From contig JANLOX010000189.1 of assembly GCA_031366795.1 (NCBI GenBank), forward strand, positions 1 through 15,409: a stretch of DNA of 15,409 nucleotides. The letters are read 5' to 3'. This document shows, in pieces, positions 1-6,987 of this stretch (position 1 is its first letter; each line of letters opens with the position of its first letter). The translations under genes and the position numbers were made by a program. Below the pieces are notes generated by a model. That model worked only from the letters and a program-made list of their open reading frames with translations. It ran no database searches and was not told the DNA's origin. The stretch is from Candidatus Eiseniibacteriota bacterium. GTDB taxonomy: Bacteria > Eisenbacteria > RBG-16-71-46.

Positions 1-443
1 TCAATCGCGGACCACGCCAGCACCGGCAGGAGCAGCGCGCTGTAGTGATAGACGAGGGTGTGTTGCTGCGGGCGCGCGGACAACAGGTGCTCAGCCCACA
101 CCGGCAGAGCCACCAGCAGCGAAGCGGGCGCCAGCAGCGGCAGCAGCAGGTGCAGCAGGTGCAGCAGGTGCAGCAGGTGCAGCAGGTGCAGCATCATTTC
201 GCGCTTGAGTTGCGTGTCAAGCATGTCGCCCGGCGTGCCCATGAGCAGGCGCAGCAGGTGCAGGGGATCGTGGAGCGCGTTGCGCAAAATGGCCGCCCGC
301 GAGTCGCTTAACGATTGGTACATGATTCCGTGCTGCGCGATGAACGGGGATCACGCCCAGGCGAGCGCCGTCAGTGCGGCGCCGAAGCCGAGCACCCAGG
401 CGAGCCGCGCAAGACCCACCGGCAGCCCTCGGCGCGCGTTCAT
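1..443 (-). pseudogene. DUF2079-like membrane protein, disrupted (in-frame TGA, apparent internal deletion); runs off the window start
   Basis: ATG at 443-441 overlaps the upstream stop (ATGA). It reads MNARRGLPVGLARLAWVLGFGAALTALAWA, then TGA at 353-351. The same frame continues ...MYQSLSDSRAAILRNALHDP...LPLLAPASLLVALPVWAEHLLSARPQQHTLVYHYSALLLPVL, resembling the DUF2079 C-terminal half (LPLL-P...LLS...YHY-A...P). Not in the ORF track. Confidence 0.6.
143..193. repeat. 9-bp tandem repeat (CAGCAGGTG)x5 plus a partial copy
   Basis: Perfect copies at 144, 153, 162, 171 and 180, then CAGCA to 193. Encodes (HLL)x5 in the minus-strand frame. An isolated copy lies at 252-260. Confidence 0.95.
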
Positions 444-2209
444 CGCGGGACGGATGCCGGTGCCGCCGGCGCTGCGCCCTGCGCAGGGAACGCGTACAGG
501 GCATAGCCCCACTGGTGTGACACTCGCGTCAGCGACAAACGCTGCGGCAGGCTCGTCGAGATCTCGTTGTCGGCGGCGAGCAGGTAGCCCACGCCATAAC
601 GTTCGCGCAGCGTTAGAATGGTCGGGACATCGTGCGTGATCGGCAGCAGCACCGCGGGGTGGCCCGAGTACAACTCGACCTCCGCGGGTAATTCGGTCAT
701 CACCGCAGCGCCGGCCTCGACGTTGTTCAACAAGGCGCAGCCCTGTTCCCGCGCCGCGCGCTGCTGTTCATAGCCGGGGTATTGCGGGTTGGCGTAGATC
801 CACGCCCACGGCAGCGATTGCGAATAGCCGGCAAAGATCACTCCCATGGCAACCGCCGGAATGACACGGCGCACGATGCGCATGCGGAAGATGAACGACA
901 TGCGCCGCAGCACGGCGATGATGACGACCGCGACACCCGTGGTGATGGTGAGCGAGGTCCACGGCAGCCAGCGCGCGGGGAACACCCCCTTGATGTGCAG
1001 CGCGTAGGTGAGCATCACGCCAATCAGGGCGCCGCCGATCAACCCTGTGGCAAACGCGCCGCGCGCCACGCGCTCCCAGCCGCGCCAGCGATCGCCCAGG
1101 GGAATCGTCCACAGCCACGCGCGACACACACCGAGTGCGGCGAGCGGCGCGAGAATCGGCAACAATGGAATGAAGTCGCGCTCCCACAGGTCGTGCGGCA
1201 CGCCATGGAAGTACAGGTAGGTGCAGCTGAAGCAGACGGGTATCACGAGGTCGGTACGCTGCACCTGCCGAGCGCGTGAACCCAGCCACGCCAGCGCGAG
1301 AATCGGTACGTACCACTTGATCAGCAGGGCACCGAACACGTAAGGCAATGGCAGGAACCGTGCGAGCCCCAGCGGTGAGGCGTAACTGCTGGGTCCATGC
1401 GTCTCCGTGGTCCACAGACGGTGACCGATGAAGAAGCCGAACTTGCCGCTGATCGGAACACCTATCGTGCCGAGCGTCAGCAGCACCACAGCGCCGGTCA
1501 CCGCGATCGTCGCGGCGAGGTAGCAGGGCAAGGCCTCGCGGCGCAGCAGGAACAGCACGATCGCCGTGGTGAGCGCCAGCACGGGCAGCATCTCGTACTG
1601 GAACATCGAGGCGCCGAGCACGATTGCCGCGGCCCGCAGCCCGGCAGTCACGGGGCGCGCATCCGACAGGATGACGCGGCGCATGCCTTCGATGGCGAGC
1701 AGCGCCACGACGGAGATGAACGTCTCCTTCATCAGCACGCCCGAGTAGTAGATCGACCACGGCTCGAGCGCCACGATCGCGGCGGCGACGATGGCCACGC
1801 GCGGCCCGAAGCGCCGGGCGAACCAATACGTGAGGAACGTGGCCGTGACACCGCACACGAACGACAGCACGCAACCGACCAGGGCGTAGGAACCAAACGC
1901 CGCCATCATCCCGGCCAGCAGGTAGGCGTAGGCGAACTCGTAGTAGCTCTCGATGTGCGAGATCGTGGCCGGCAGCGTCGTGTAGTTCCACACGAAGTCC
2001 ACGCGCGGCGCGCCGTGGCGGAGCACGCCGGTGGCCATGGCGAAGTAGGTGGCGGGATCACCCGGGCCGAAGAACCGCGGCAGCGACGCCAGCAGCAGCA
2101 CGCGCAGCAGGGCACCCACGCCGATCACCGCCGTCAGGATGGCGAGTTGGGCATGCGAGCCATTGAGACCGGGAAATCCCGGCGCGAGGCGGGTTTGAGG
2201 GCGGGTCAT
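440..2209 (-). CDS. GT-C fold polytopic membrane glycosyltransferase (GT39/PMT_2/ArnT-like superfamily)
   Basis: Many hydrophobic helices; first loop GDPATYFAMA (D-x3-Y); YYSGVLMKETF; WERDFIPLLP; soluble C-terminal tail. Start is ATG 2209 or GTG 2227. Confidence 0.8.
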   Translation of the reverse strand: MTRPQTRLAPGFPGLNGSHAQLAILTAVIGVGALLRVLLLASLPRFFGPGDPATYFAMATGVLRHGAPRVDFVWNYTTLPATISHIESYYEFAYAYLLAGMMAAFGSYALVGCVLSFVCGVTATFLTYWFARRFGPRVAIVAAAIVALEPWSIYYSGVLMKETFISVVALLAIEGMRRVILSDARPVTAGLRAAAIVLGASMFQYEMLPVLALTTAIVLFLLRREALPCYLAATIAVTGAVVLLTLGTIGVPISGKFGFFIGHRLWTTETHGPSSYASPLGLARFLPLPYVFGALLIKWYVPILALAWLGSRARQVQRTDLVIPVCFSCTYLYFHGVPHDLWERDFIPLLPILAPLAALGVCRAWLWTIPLGDRWRGWERVARGAFATGLIGGALIGVMLTYALHIKGVFPARWLPWTSLTITTGVAVVIIAVLRRMSFIFRMRIVRRVIPAVAMGVIFAGYSQSLPWAWIYANPQYPGYEQQRAAREQGCALLNNVEAGAAVMTELPAEVELYSGHPAVLLPITHDVPTILTLRERYGVGYLLAADNEISTSLPQRLSLTRVSHQWGYALYAFPAQGAAPAAPASVPR

Positions 2210-2236
2210 TGGGTCAGGGTAGGGCACGATAAGTCG

Positions 2237-2264
2237 TTATCGGCACGCGTGCTGCGTGGCTCCA
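2237..2264 (-). promoter_or_regulatory. Putative sigma28 (FliA/SigD)-type promoter for the GT-C gene
   Basis: Minus strand TGGAG-N15-GCCGATAA. Perfect -10 box, weak -35, same register as the motif at 6960-6987. Confidence 0.5.
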
Positions 2265-2321
2265 CCGCGGCTTGCCGGGGGGGGCGTCCGGCGACGCGGA
2301 TCCGCCACACCGCTCCGTGCG

Positions 2322-2345
2322 GCGTGTAGCCGGCCCGCGACACGC
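2322..2345. promoter_or_regulatory. Palindromic candidate upstream activator site (TGT-N12-ACA)
   Basis: GCGTGTAGC-N6-GCGACACGC (8/9 dyad), centred about 110 nt upstream of the predicted sigma54 start site. Confidence 0.45.
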
Positions 2346-2415
2346 GTCTACCCGTGAGGGGGCCCTTTCCGGCAAATGAGCGCCAATTCACTGGAATCCG
2401 GCAGGGCCGAACCGC

Positions 2416-2431
2416 TGGCACGGTCGCTGCT
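2416..2431 (+). promoter_or_regulatory. sigma54 (RpoN) -24/-12 promoter
   Basis: TGGCACG-GTCG-CTGCT versus consensus TGGCACG-N4-TTGCW, with exact GG/GC spacing, 45 nt before the ATG at 2477. Confidence 0.75.
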
Positions 2432-2476
2432 CTACCTCCCCACCAGATCGCCGCCACACTTCGTCCGGAGGGTCCC

Positions 2477-3058
2477 ATGCATCCGCTCCATCAACGGTTC
2501 ATCGCCGTGTCGCTGCTCGCCAGCATCGCGATCTCAGGCTTCGCACCCGCTGCCTTCGCCGGCCACGGCCACGACTCGTACCGCAAGTCCCGTCGCTTCG
2601 AACGTCCGGAGCGCTTCGAGCGCGTCAACGTCTACCCACAGCGTGTGGTCGAGTACCGCCACCGTTCATCGGGTGGCGGATCGATGGCCGGCTTCCTCGG
2701 CGGCGTCGCCGTCGGAGCCATCATCTCGGGCGCTGCCCAGTCACACGGAAGCAGCCGTGCCGCGTGCGCGCCGCAACCGGCGTACTACCCGCCGCAGCCC
2801 ACCTACTGCCCGCCGCCCCCACGCTGCGCGGCGGACGAGGAGCGCTACAGCTACGAAGATCCGTACTGCCGCGAGCGCTTCTCCTCGCTCAGCCTGTTCC
2901 TGTCGCACGCCCGCCGTTATGGCGACCATGTGTTGGTCGTGCAGGTCATCGACAACCGTGACGAGAATTGCGTCGACGTGATCCGCTACCGCGACGACCA
3001 CTGGGTATCCTGCGACCGCAACGATCGCGGTGGCTGGGATTACGACGACAACGACTAA
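2477..3058 (+). CDS. Secreted hypothetical protein (signal peptide, glycine zipper, Pro-rich linker, Cys/His-containing C-domain), 193 aa
   Basis: GGAGG 5-6 nt before ATG 2477; signal peptide ending AAFA; AGFLGGVAVGAIISG; PQPAYYPPQPTYCPPPP; TAA at 3056-3058. Confidence 0.85.
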   Translation: MHPLHQRFIAVSLLASIAISGFAPAAFAGHGHDSYRKSRRFERPERFERVNVYPQRVVEYRHRSSGGGSMAGFLGGVAVGAIISGAAQSHGSSRAACAPQPAYYPPQPTYCPPPPRCAADEERYSYEDPYCRERFSSLSLFLSHARRYGDHVLVVQVIDNRDENCVDVIRYRDDHWVSCDRNDRGGWDYDDND

Positions 3059-3072
3059 CAGTTCACAAGCGT

Positions 3073-3131
3073 GTGAGTCTTACCGGCGCGGCTGGAGACG
3101 GGGAGCGTCCAGGGCTGCGTAGAGGGCTCAC
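3073..3131 (+). other. Long interrupted RNA hairpin in the 3' UTR (candidate structured RNA)
   Basis: GTGAGTCTT(3073-81)/AGGGCTCAC(3123-31); GCGCGGC(3086-92)/GCTGCGT(3114-20); GACG(3097-3100)/CGTC(3106-09) closing a GGGAG loop. G-U pairs favour the + strand. Confidence 0.45.
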
Positions 3132-3141
3132 CGAAACACAG

Positions 3142-3173
3142 CGGGCGGCGTCGCAAGACGTCGCCCGTTTGTG
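3142..3173 (+). terminator. Intrinsic terminator-like hairpin between convergent units
   Basis: CGGGCGGCGTC-GCAA-GACGTCGCCCG (11-bp stem, GNRA loop) followed by TTTGTG. Confidence 0.75.
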
Positions 3174-3201
3174 CGTTCAGCGATGCGTTGTCCCGAGCGG
3201 G

Positions 3202-3243
3202 CCAGCCGAGATGGTCGAACAACCGCTCGAGCGTCGCCTTCAT
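3202..3243 (-). pseudogene. Possible N-terminal remnant of a DinB-like gene
   Basis: ATG overlaps the upstream stop (ATGA) and reads MKATLERLFDHLGW, resembling DinB N-termini (L-x-RLF-x-H-x2-W). The frame then runs through the terminator region to a stop at 3055. Confidence 0.3.
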
Positions 3244-3633
3244 GGCGTCGACGAACGATGAAAGTGGACGTGCTTCCAGAGGCTGCCCTGGCGCTGCCAC
3301 ACGCGCGTCTCTTCACTTCGCGACGTGTGCGGGGTTCCCGTGGCATCGGCGGATTGCACGAGCCGCACGTAGCTCACGACCGCCGCCGAGTCACCGAGCA
3401 GCCGGACGTGGGGCGCGCAGATCGTCGCCTGCGGAGCGCCCGAACGCGGTAGCTGCGTGAAATAGAATTGATGGAAGGGCCATGCCCTCCACGAGCAGTC
3501 CACGTGCCTCGGGCTCGTGCGCGCTTAAGCTCGGGTCACACAGCGACTGGTAGGTCTCCCAGTCCCCGCTCACGATCGCATCGAGCAAGCGCTGCGTCAG
3601 CGACAAGAGTTCCTGCGTCACGGCATCCAGCAT
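3240..3633 (-). pseudogene. Stand-alone CaMKII association (hub) domain protein (NTF2-like; CaMKII_AD/DUF4440) with a 1-nt frameshift
   Basis: One frame gives QELLSLTQRLLDAIVSGDWETYQSLCDPSLSAHEPEARGLLVEGM and another gives FHQFYF...PHVRLLGD...YVRLVQ...SEETRVWQRQGSLWKHVHFHRS. Removing one base of GGG 3477-3479 joins them into 130 aa. May be a sequencing error in an intact gene. Alternative start 3645. Confidence 0.9.
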
Positions 3634-3697
3634 GGAGTCATCCATCCTTGATCGGTGGGAAGACTGGCGAGCGCCCGGGACACGATTCCGGGGCGCC

Positions 3698-5161
3698 TCA
3701 AGCGGCCAAGTATTCCTGGATATTGAGCTGAAGGTCTTCGGGAGCCAAGACGCGTACGATACTTTCCGTCTCGGGCATGGGGCTCCAGGACTCGCCACCT
3801 TCCTCAGGCTCGATGCGGCCGTCAGGCTGCACGAGCACGCGGCACGAGGGGCGGCGCAGGTCGGCGTGGTTGGGCGCCACGGACAGCACGGCCGCGTTGT
3901 TCGCGGTGATCATCACCGTTCCCGGCGGGTAGAGCCCGACCGTTTGCACCAGCGCCCAGCGCACCGCCGGATCGAAGGAATCCTTCGCGGTGCTGAGCAG
4001 GTAGTGCAGTGCCTCGTACGGCGTGAACGGACGCTTGTGGTATGCGCGGTGAGCGGTCATGGCGTCGAAGCAATCCGCCATCGCCACGATGCGCGACAGC
4101 GTCGCCTGGCTCCAGTCGACCGAAACGCGCGGGTAGCCGGTGCCGTCGTAGTTCATGTGATGCTCCATGCAGGAACGCATGGCATCCACGGTGAGCGGCG
4201 ACAGTCCCGGCAGCCGGAACAGCATCTTCACACCCTCGATGGGGTGGCGACGCATCAGTTTCCATTCGTCCGCATCGAGCTTGGCCGGTTTGCGCAGCAC
4301 GTCACCCGGCACCGCCAGCTTGCCCATGTCATGCAGCAACGCGCCGACACCGAGATCCGCCAGCGCCTGCCGCGACAGGCCCAACACGTGCCCCAACCCC
4401 ACCGACAGGATCGCGACGTTCACGCAATGCGCGTAGGTGTATTCGTCATGGTCCTTGATGGCAGTGAGCCCGACGACCGAGAATTCGTGATTCATGATCT
4501 GGTCGACGAACGGCTGCACCAGCCGCTTGGCATGGCGCATGTCGGGGCGCCCCGACTGCTGCGTGCGCACCAGCATCTTCTTCGTGCCGAGCACCGCGCG
4601 CCAGAACACACGCTGCGCCCGGCCGCGCTCGCTGTTCGGGTCCTTGCCGGCATCCATCTCGGTGGACACATCATCTTCGCCGACTTCCGACAGCGCGATG
4701 GTCTCGACGTGGTCGATGCTTGCGGCATGCAAGTCGGCGAACACCTGCTCGGCGACGAGCGGATCTTCCGCCGCGATCAGCAACTGGAAGAAGCGCTCGA
4801 GTTCCGGCGCGGTGATGCCTTCGCTGACACGGATGCCCGCGAGCCCGCGGCGCTCGAACTCCTGGATGAGCGAGTGGTAAACGGGCAACAACGACGAGGA
4901 CGCCCGGATGCGCGCGCCGTTCAGGTAGAAGTAGCCGGCCGAGGCGGCGAGTGCTAAGTCCGACTCCACTTCCAGCAGCTTCTGGATGACCGCGAGGCAG
5001 TCCTGCAGCTGGCGCTGGAAGGCCTGGTTCGTCACGTCGTAGGTGCGGGCGGTGCGCATCAACGCGCCGATGCGAATCAGCAGCTGCGGCCCAATCGCCG
5101 ATGCCAGCGCCGATTGGCCGCCGCTGGAGCGTTCCGCGCGCGCCGGCTCAGTCTCAGCCAC
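3698..5161 (-). CDS. HD-GYP cyclic dinucleotide phosphodiesterase with an unnamed N-terminal domain, about 487 aa
   Basis: DEYTYAHCVNV, LLHDMGK, RHPIEG, EHHMNYDGTGYP, ADCFDAMT-x2-RAY, C-terminal GLYPPGT extension. GTG at 5161 follows GGGAGG and overlaps the upstream stop by 8 nt. Confidence 0.92.
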   Translation of the reverse strand: MAETEPARAERSSGGQSALASAIGPQLLIRIGALMRTARTYDVTNQAFQRQLQDCLAVIQKLLEVESDLALAASAGYFYLNGARIRASSSLLPVYHSLIQEFERRGLAGIRVSEGITAPELERFFQLLIAAEDPLVAEQVFADLHAASIDHVETIALSEVGEDDVSTEMDAGKDPNSERGRAQRVFWRAVLGTKKMLVRTQQSGRPDMRHAKRLVQPFVDQIMNHEFSVVGLTAIKDHDEYTYAHCVNVAILSVGLGHVLGLSRQALADLGVGALLHDMGKLAVPGDVLRKPAKLDADEWKLMRRHPIEGVKMLFRLPGLSPLTVDAMRSCMEHHMNYDGTGYPRVSVDWSQATLSRIVAMADCFDAMTAHRAYHKRPFTPYEALHYLLSTAKDSFDPAVRWALVQTVGLYPPGTVMITANNAAVLSVAPNHADLRRPSCRVLVQPDGRIEPEEGGESWSPMPETESIVRVLAPEDLQLNIQEYLAA

Positions 5162-6911
5162 GCGTAGCCTCCCACTTGGCGATGATGTCCACGCAGGCAT
5201 CACGCACCTGCGCGCGACGCGACTTGGCGCCGTTATCGAGGGCCATGCGCGCCATCGGCGTGCCGATGCGCGCCAGGCAACGCGCCACGGTCTGGCGATG
5301 CGACTCGTTCACACGCTCGAACCAGCCGCCCTTGAGCAACTCGGCTTCGAGTTCGGGCACCACGTCGTCGCCACCGGTAGCTCCCAGCGTCGAGTAAATG
5401 GCGTGCTTCTCCTCCGCGGGGCGCGCTTCGAATTCCGCGGCAACCATGAACAGGAGCATCGTCTGCGCCACCTGCACATCGCGCGTTTCACTCAACTTCT
5501 GCAACGCCTGGCAGAACAGACGCGTGTCGAGAATCGACAGCGCCGACAGCAGCAATGGCTTGACGATGCGCACATCGGCCGTACGCAGGGCCTGGACGAC
5601 CTCGGCACGCACGCGAGGATCGGGATGCTTGATCGCCGACTGCAGCGGCCCAACGATGGCGTTGCCGCCGATCGCGCCGAGCATCTGGACCACACTGCGG
5701 ACGACGTTGGGACGGCGGTCGGCGATCCACGGCGCCAGCCGCTCGGGCGTGGCCTTGCACAGCGTGGTGATCGCGTCGATCAGCGGCTTCGATTGCGGTG
5801 CGCCATTCATCTCGGCCATCACCTGGCCCAGCACGTCGACATGGAATTCACCGAGGTGCGCGGTGAATTCCGTGAAGGCCTGCGCTTCGAGTTCGGTTTG
5901 GCGCAACAGGTGGTCCCGCACGCCCGCGATGGAGCTGGGCTGCTGTAATTCCTGGACGAACGCGACCGGCGACCAGCCCTTCGGCGAAAGCCGCATTAAA
6001 CCCACCGCCGAGTCCGCTTCCCGCCATTCCCCGGCATGAATCGCCATGCGCAGCACGCGCGGCAGGTAGGCCGAGAGATCGGGCATGTCCGCTTCGGTCG
6101 TCTCCGCCGCGAGGAATGCGCGCGCCACCGCGACGGCCGAGGCGACGGGAGGCGCGTCACGCTCCGCTTCATACTCTTCCTTGAAGCGCGCGACTTCGTC
6201 CGTTGCGGCCGCATTCAACTCGGCATACGAAGCTTCGAAATCCGCGGTGGGCTCACCCACGCTCCAGTCATCCGACCGGCGCATCCCGTTTTCGCTCGGC
6301 GGCGGTTCGGTCAAGGTGCGCGAAGCGGGGTCTTCCGCCGGGGCAGGCTCGGGCTCTTGCACCTCACCGGTCGGCCAGGGCACGAGTTCGCCCTCCTGCT
6401 CGGTGCCGTTGCCGCCGACGTCACCCTCGGCCGGAATGTAGTCGATGGCGATGTGTGGCAGCTGGGACTCCCACAACATGGTGACGAGATCTTCTTCGCC
6501 GGACGCCTCGGGGCCGGTGACACGCAACAGCGCCGCGACGAGCGCGTCAATTTCACGCGGCTCGACGCCCTCGGAAAACGCAACGGCACGAATGCCGTCA
6601 CGATAGAATGGCATGGCGAGATTGTCGTCACGCGATTTCGCGGGATACAGCGACACGCCTTCACAGGTGACATCGTCAGCGCCGAAGCGCAGCGAGAACG
6701 GTCCGTATTGTCGGATCACCTGGTGGAGCGCCGCGACGAGCTGCTGGCGGAAGCGCAACACCGTGGGATTGTTGGCGTCGTACAGGCGGCAATTCTTGAG
6801 CGTGCGCGCAAACTGCTGGACCCATGCCCCAACGGCCCGCACAAACGGTTCGTTTTCAACCGTTTCTGCGGTGGCACCAGCCGCAACCTTGGCATGCGAC
6901 TTCACGTCCAT
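5154..6911 (-). CDS. HEAT-repeat protein with an N-terminal domain related to that of the adjacent HD-GYP
   Basis: HEAT/PBS-lyase-like units (DRRPNVVRSVVQMLGAIG, HPDPRVRAEVVQAL, ARCLARIGTP, AQVRDAC) and an acidic Pro-rich linker. Start ATG 6911 (AGGGA upstream) or 6920. Confidence 0.88.
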   Translation of the reverse strand: MDVKSHAKVAAGATAETVENEPFVRAVGAWVQQFARTLKNCRLYDANNPTVLRFRQQLVAALHQVIRQYGPFSLRFGADDVTCEGVSLYPAKSRDDNLAMPFYRDGIRAVAFSEGVEPREIDALVAALLRVTGPEASGEEDLVTMLWESQLPHIAIDYIPAEGDVGGNGTEQEGELVPWPTGEVQEPEPAPAEDPASRTLTEPPPSENGMRRSDDWSVGEPTADFEASYAELNAAATDEVARFKEEYEAERDAPPVASAVAVARAFLAAETTEADMPDLSAYLPRVLRMAIHAGEWREADSAVGLMRLSPKGWSPVAFVQELQQPSSIAGVRDHLLRQTELEAQAFTEFTAHLGEFHVDVLGQVMAEMNGAPQSKPLIDAITTLCKATPERLAPWIADRRPNVVRSVVQMLGAIGGNAIVGPLQSAIKHPDPRVRAEVVQALRTADVRIVKPLLLSALSILDTRLFCQALQKLSETRDVQVAQTMLLFMVAAEFEARPAEEKHAIYSTLGATGGDDVVPELEAELLKGGWFERVNESHRQTVARCLARIGTPMARMALDNGAKSRRAQVRDACVDIIAKWEATRG

Positions 6912-6959
6912 GGGGCGCATTCCCTGCGGTACGGACCGAAAGACTTTGGAATGCAGGGG

Positions 6960-6987
6960 TTATCGGCGGCGGAGGGGGCGCGCTTGA
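6960..6987 (-). promoter_or_regulatory. sigma28 (FliA/SigD)-type promoter for the HEAT/HD-GYP operon
   Basis: Minus strand TCAAG-N15-GCCGATAA, 40-50 nt upstream of the start codon; resembles TAAA/TCAA-N15-16-GCCGATAA. Confidence 0.7.

Noticed and set aside
143..193. CRISPR array
   Set aside because: Units are 9 bp, contiguous and have no spacers; no cas genes.
45..311. Gln-rich + strand ORF (QQV repeats) and overlapping Cys-rich ORF 58..639
   Set aside because: Both are antisense readings of the 9-bp repeat; the minus frame has family-like motifs and a coupled start.
351..353. Selenocysteine or recoded TGA
   Set aside because: It falls at an apparent deletion junction in a non-redox membrane protein, and other genes here use TGA as stop.
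2436..2441. CTCCCC pairing with the 3' UTR GGGGAG
   Set aside because: It lies just upstream of the predicted sigma54 start site, so it is probably not transcribed; only 6 nt.
3632..4957. Long + strand ORFs opposite real genes (also 5043..5948, 6036..7232, 1397..2329)
   Set aside because: Antisense shadows typical of high-GC coding DNA, with no recognisable motifs.
6922..6958. CCCTGC/GCAGGG stem hiding the HEAT gene RBS
   Set aside because: Only 6 bp, and one arm lies mostly upstream of the predicted sigma28 start.
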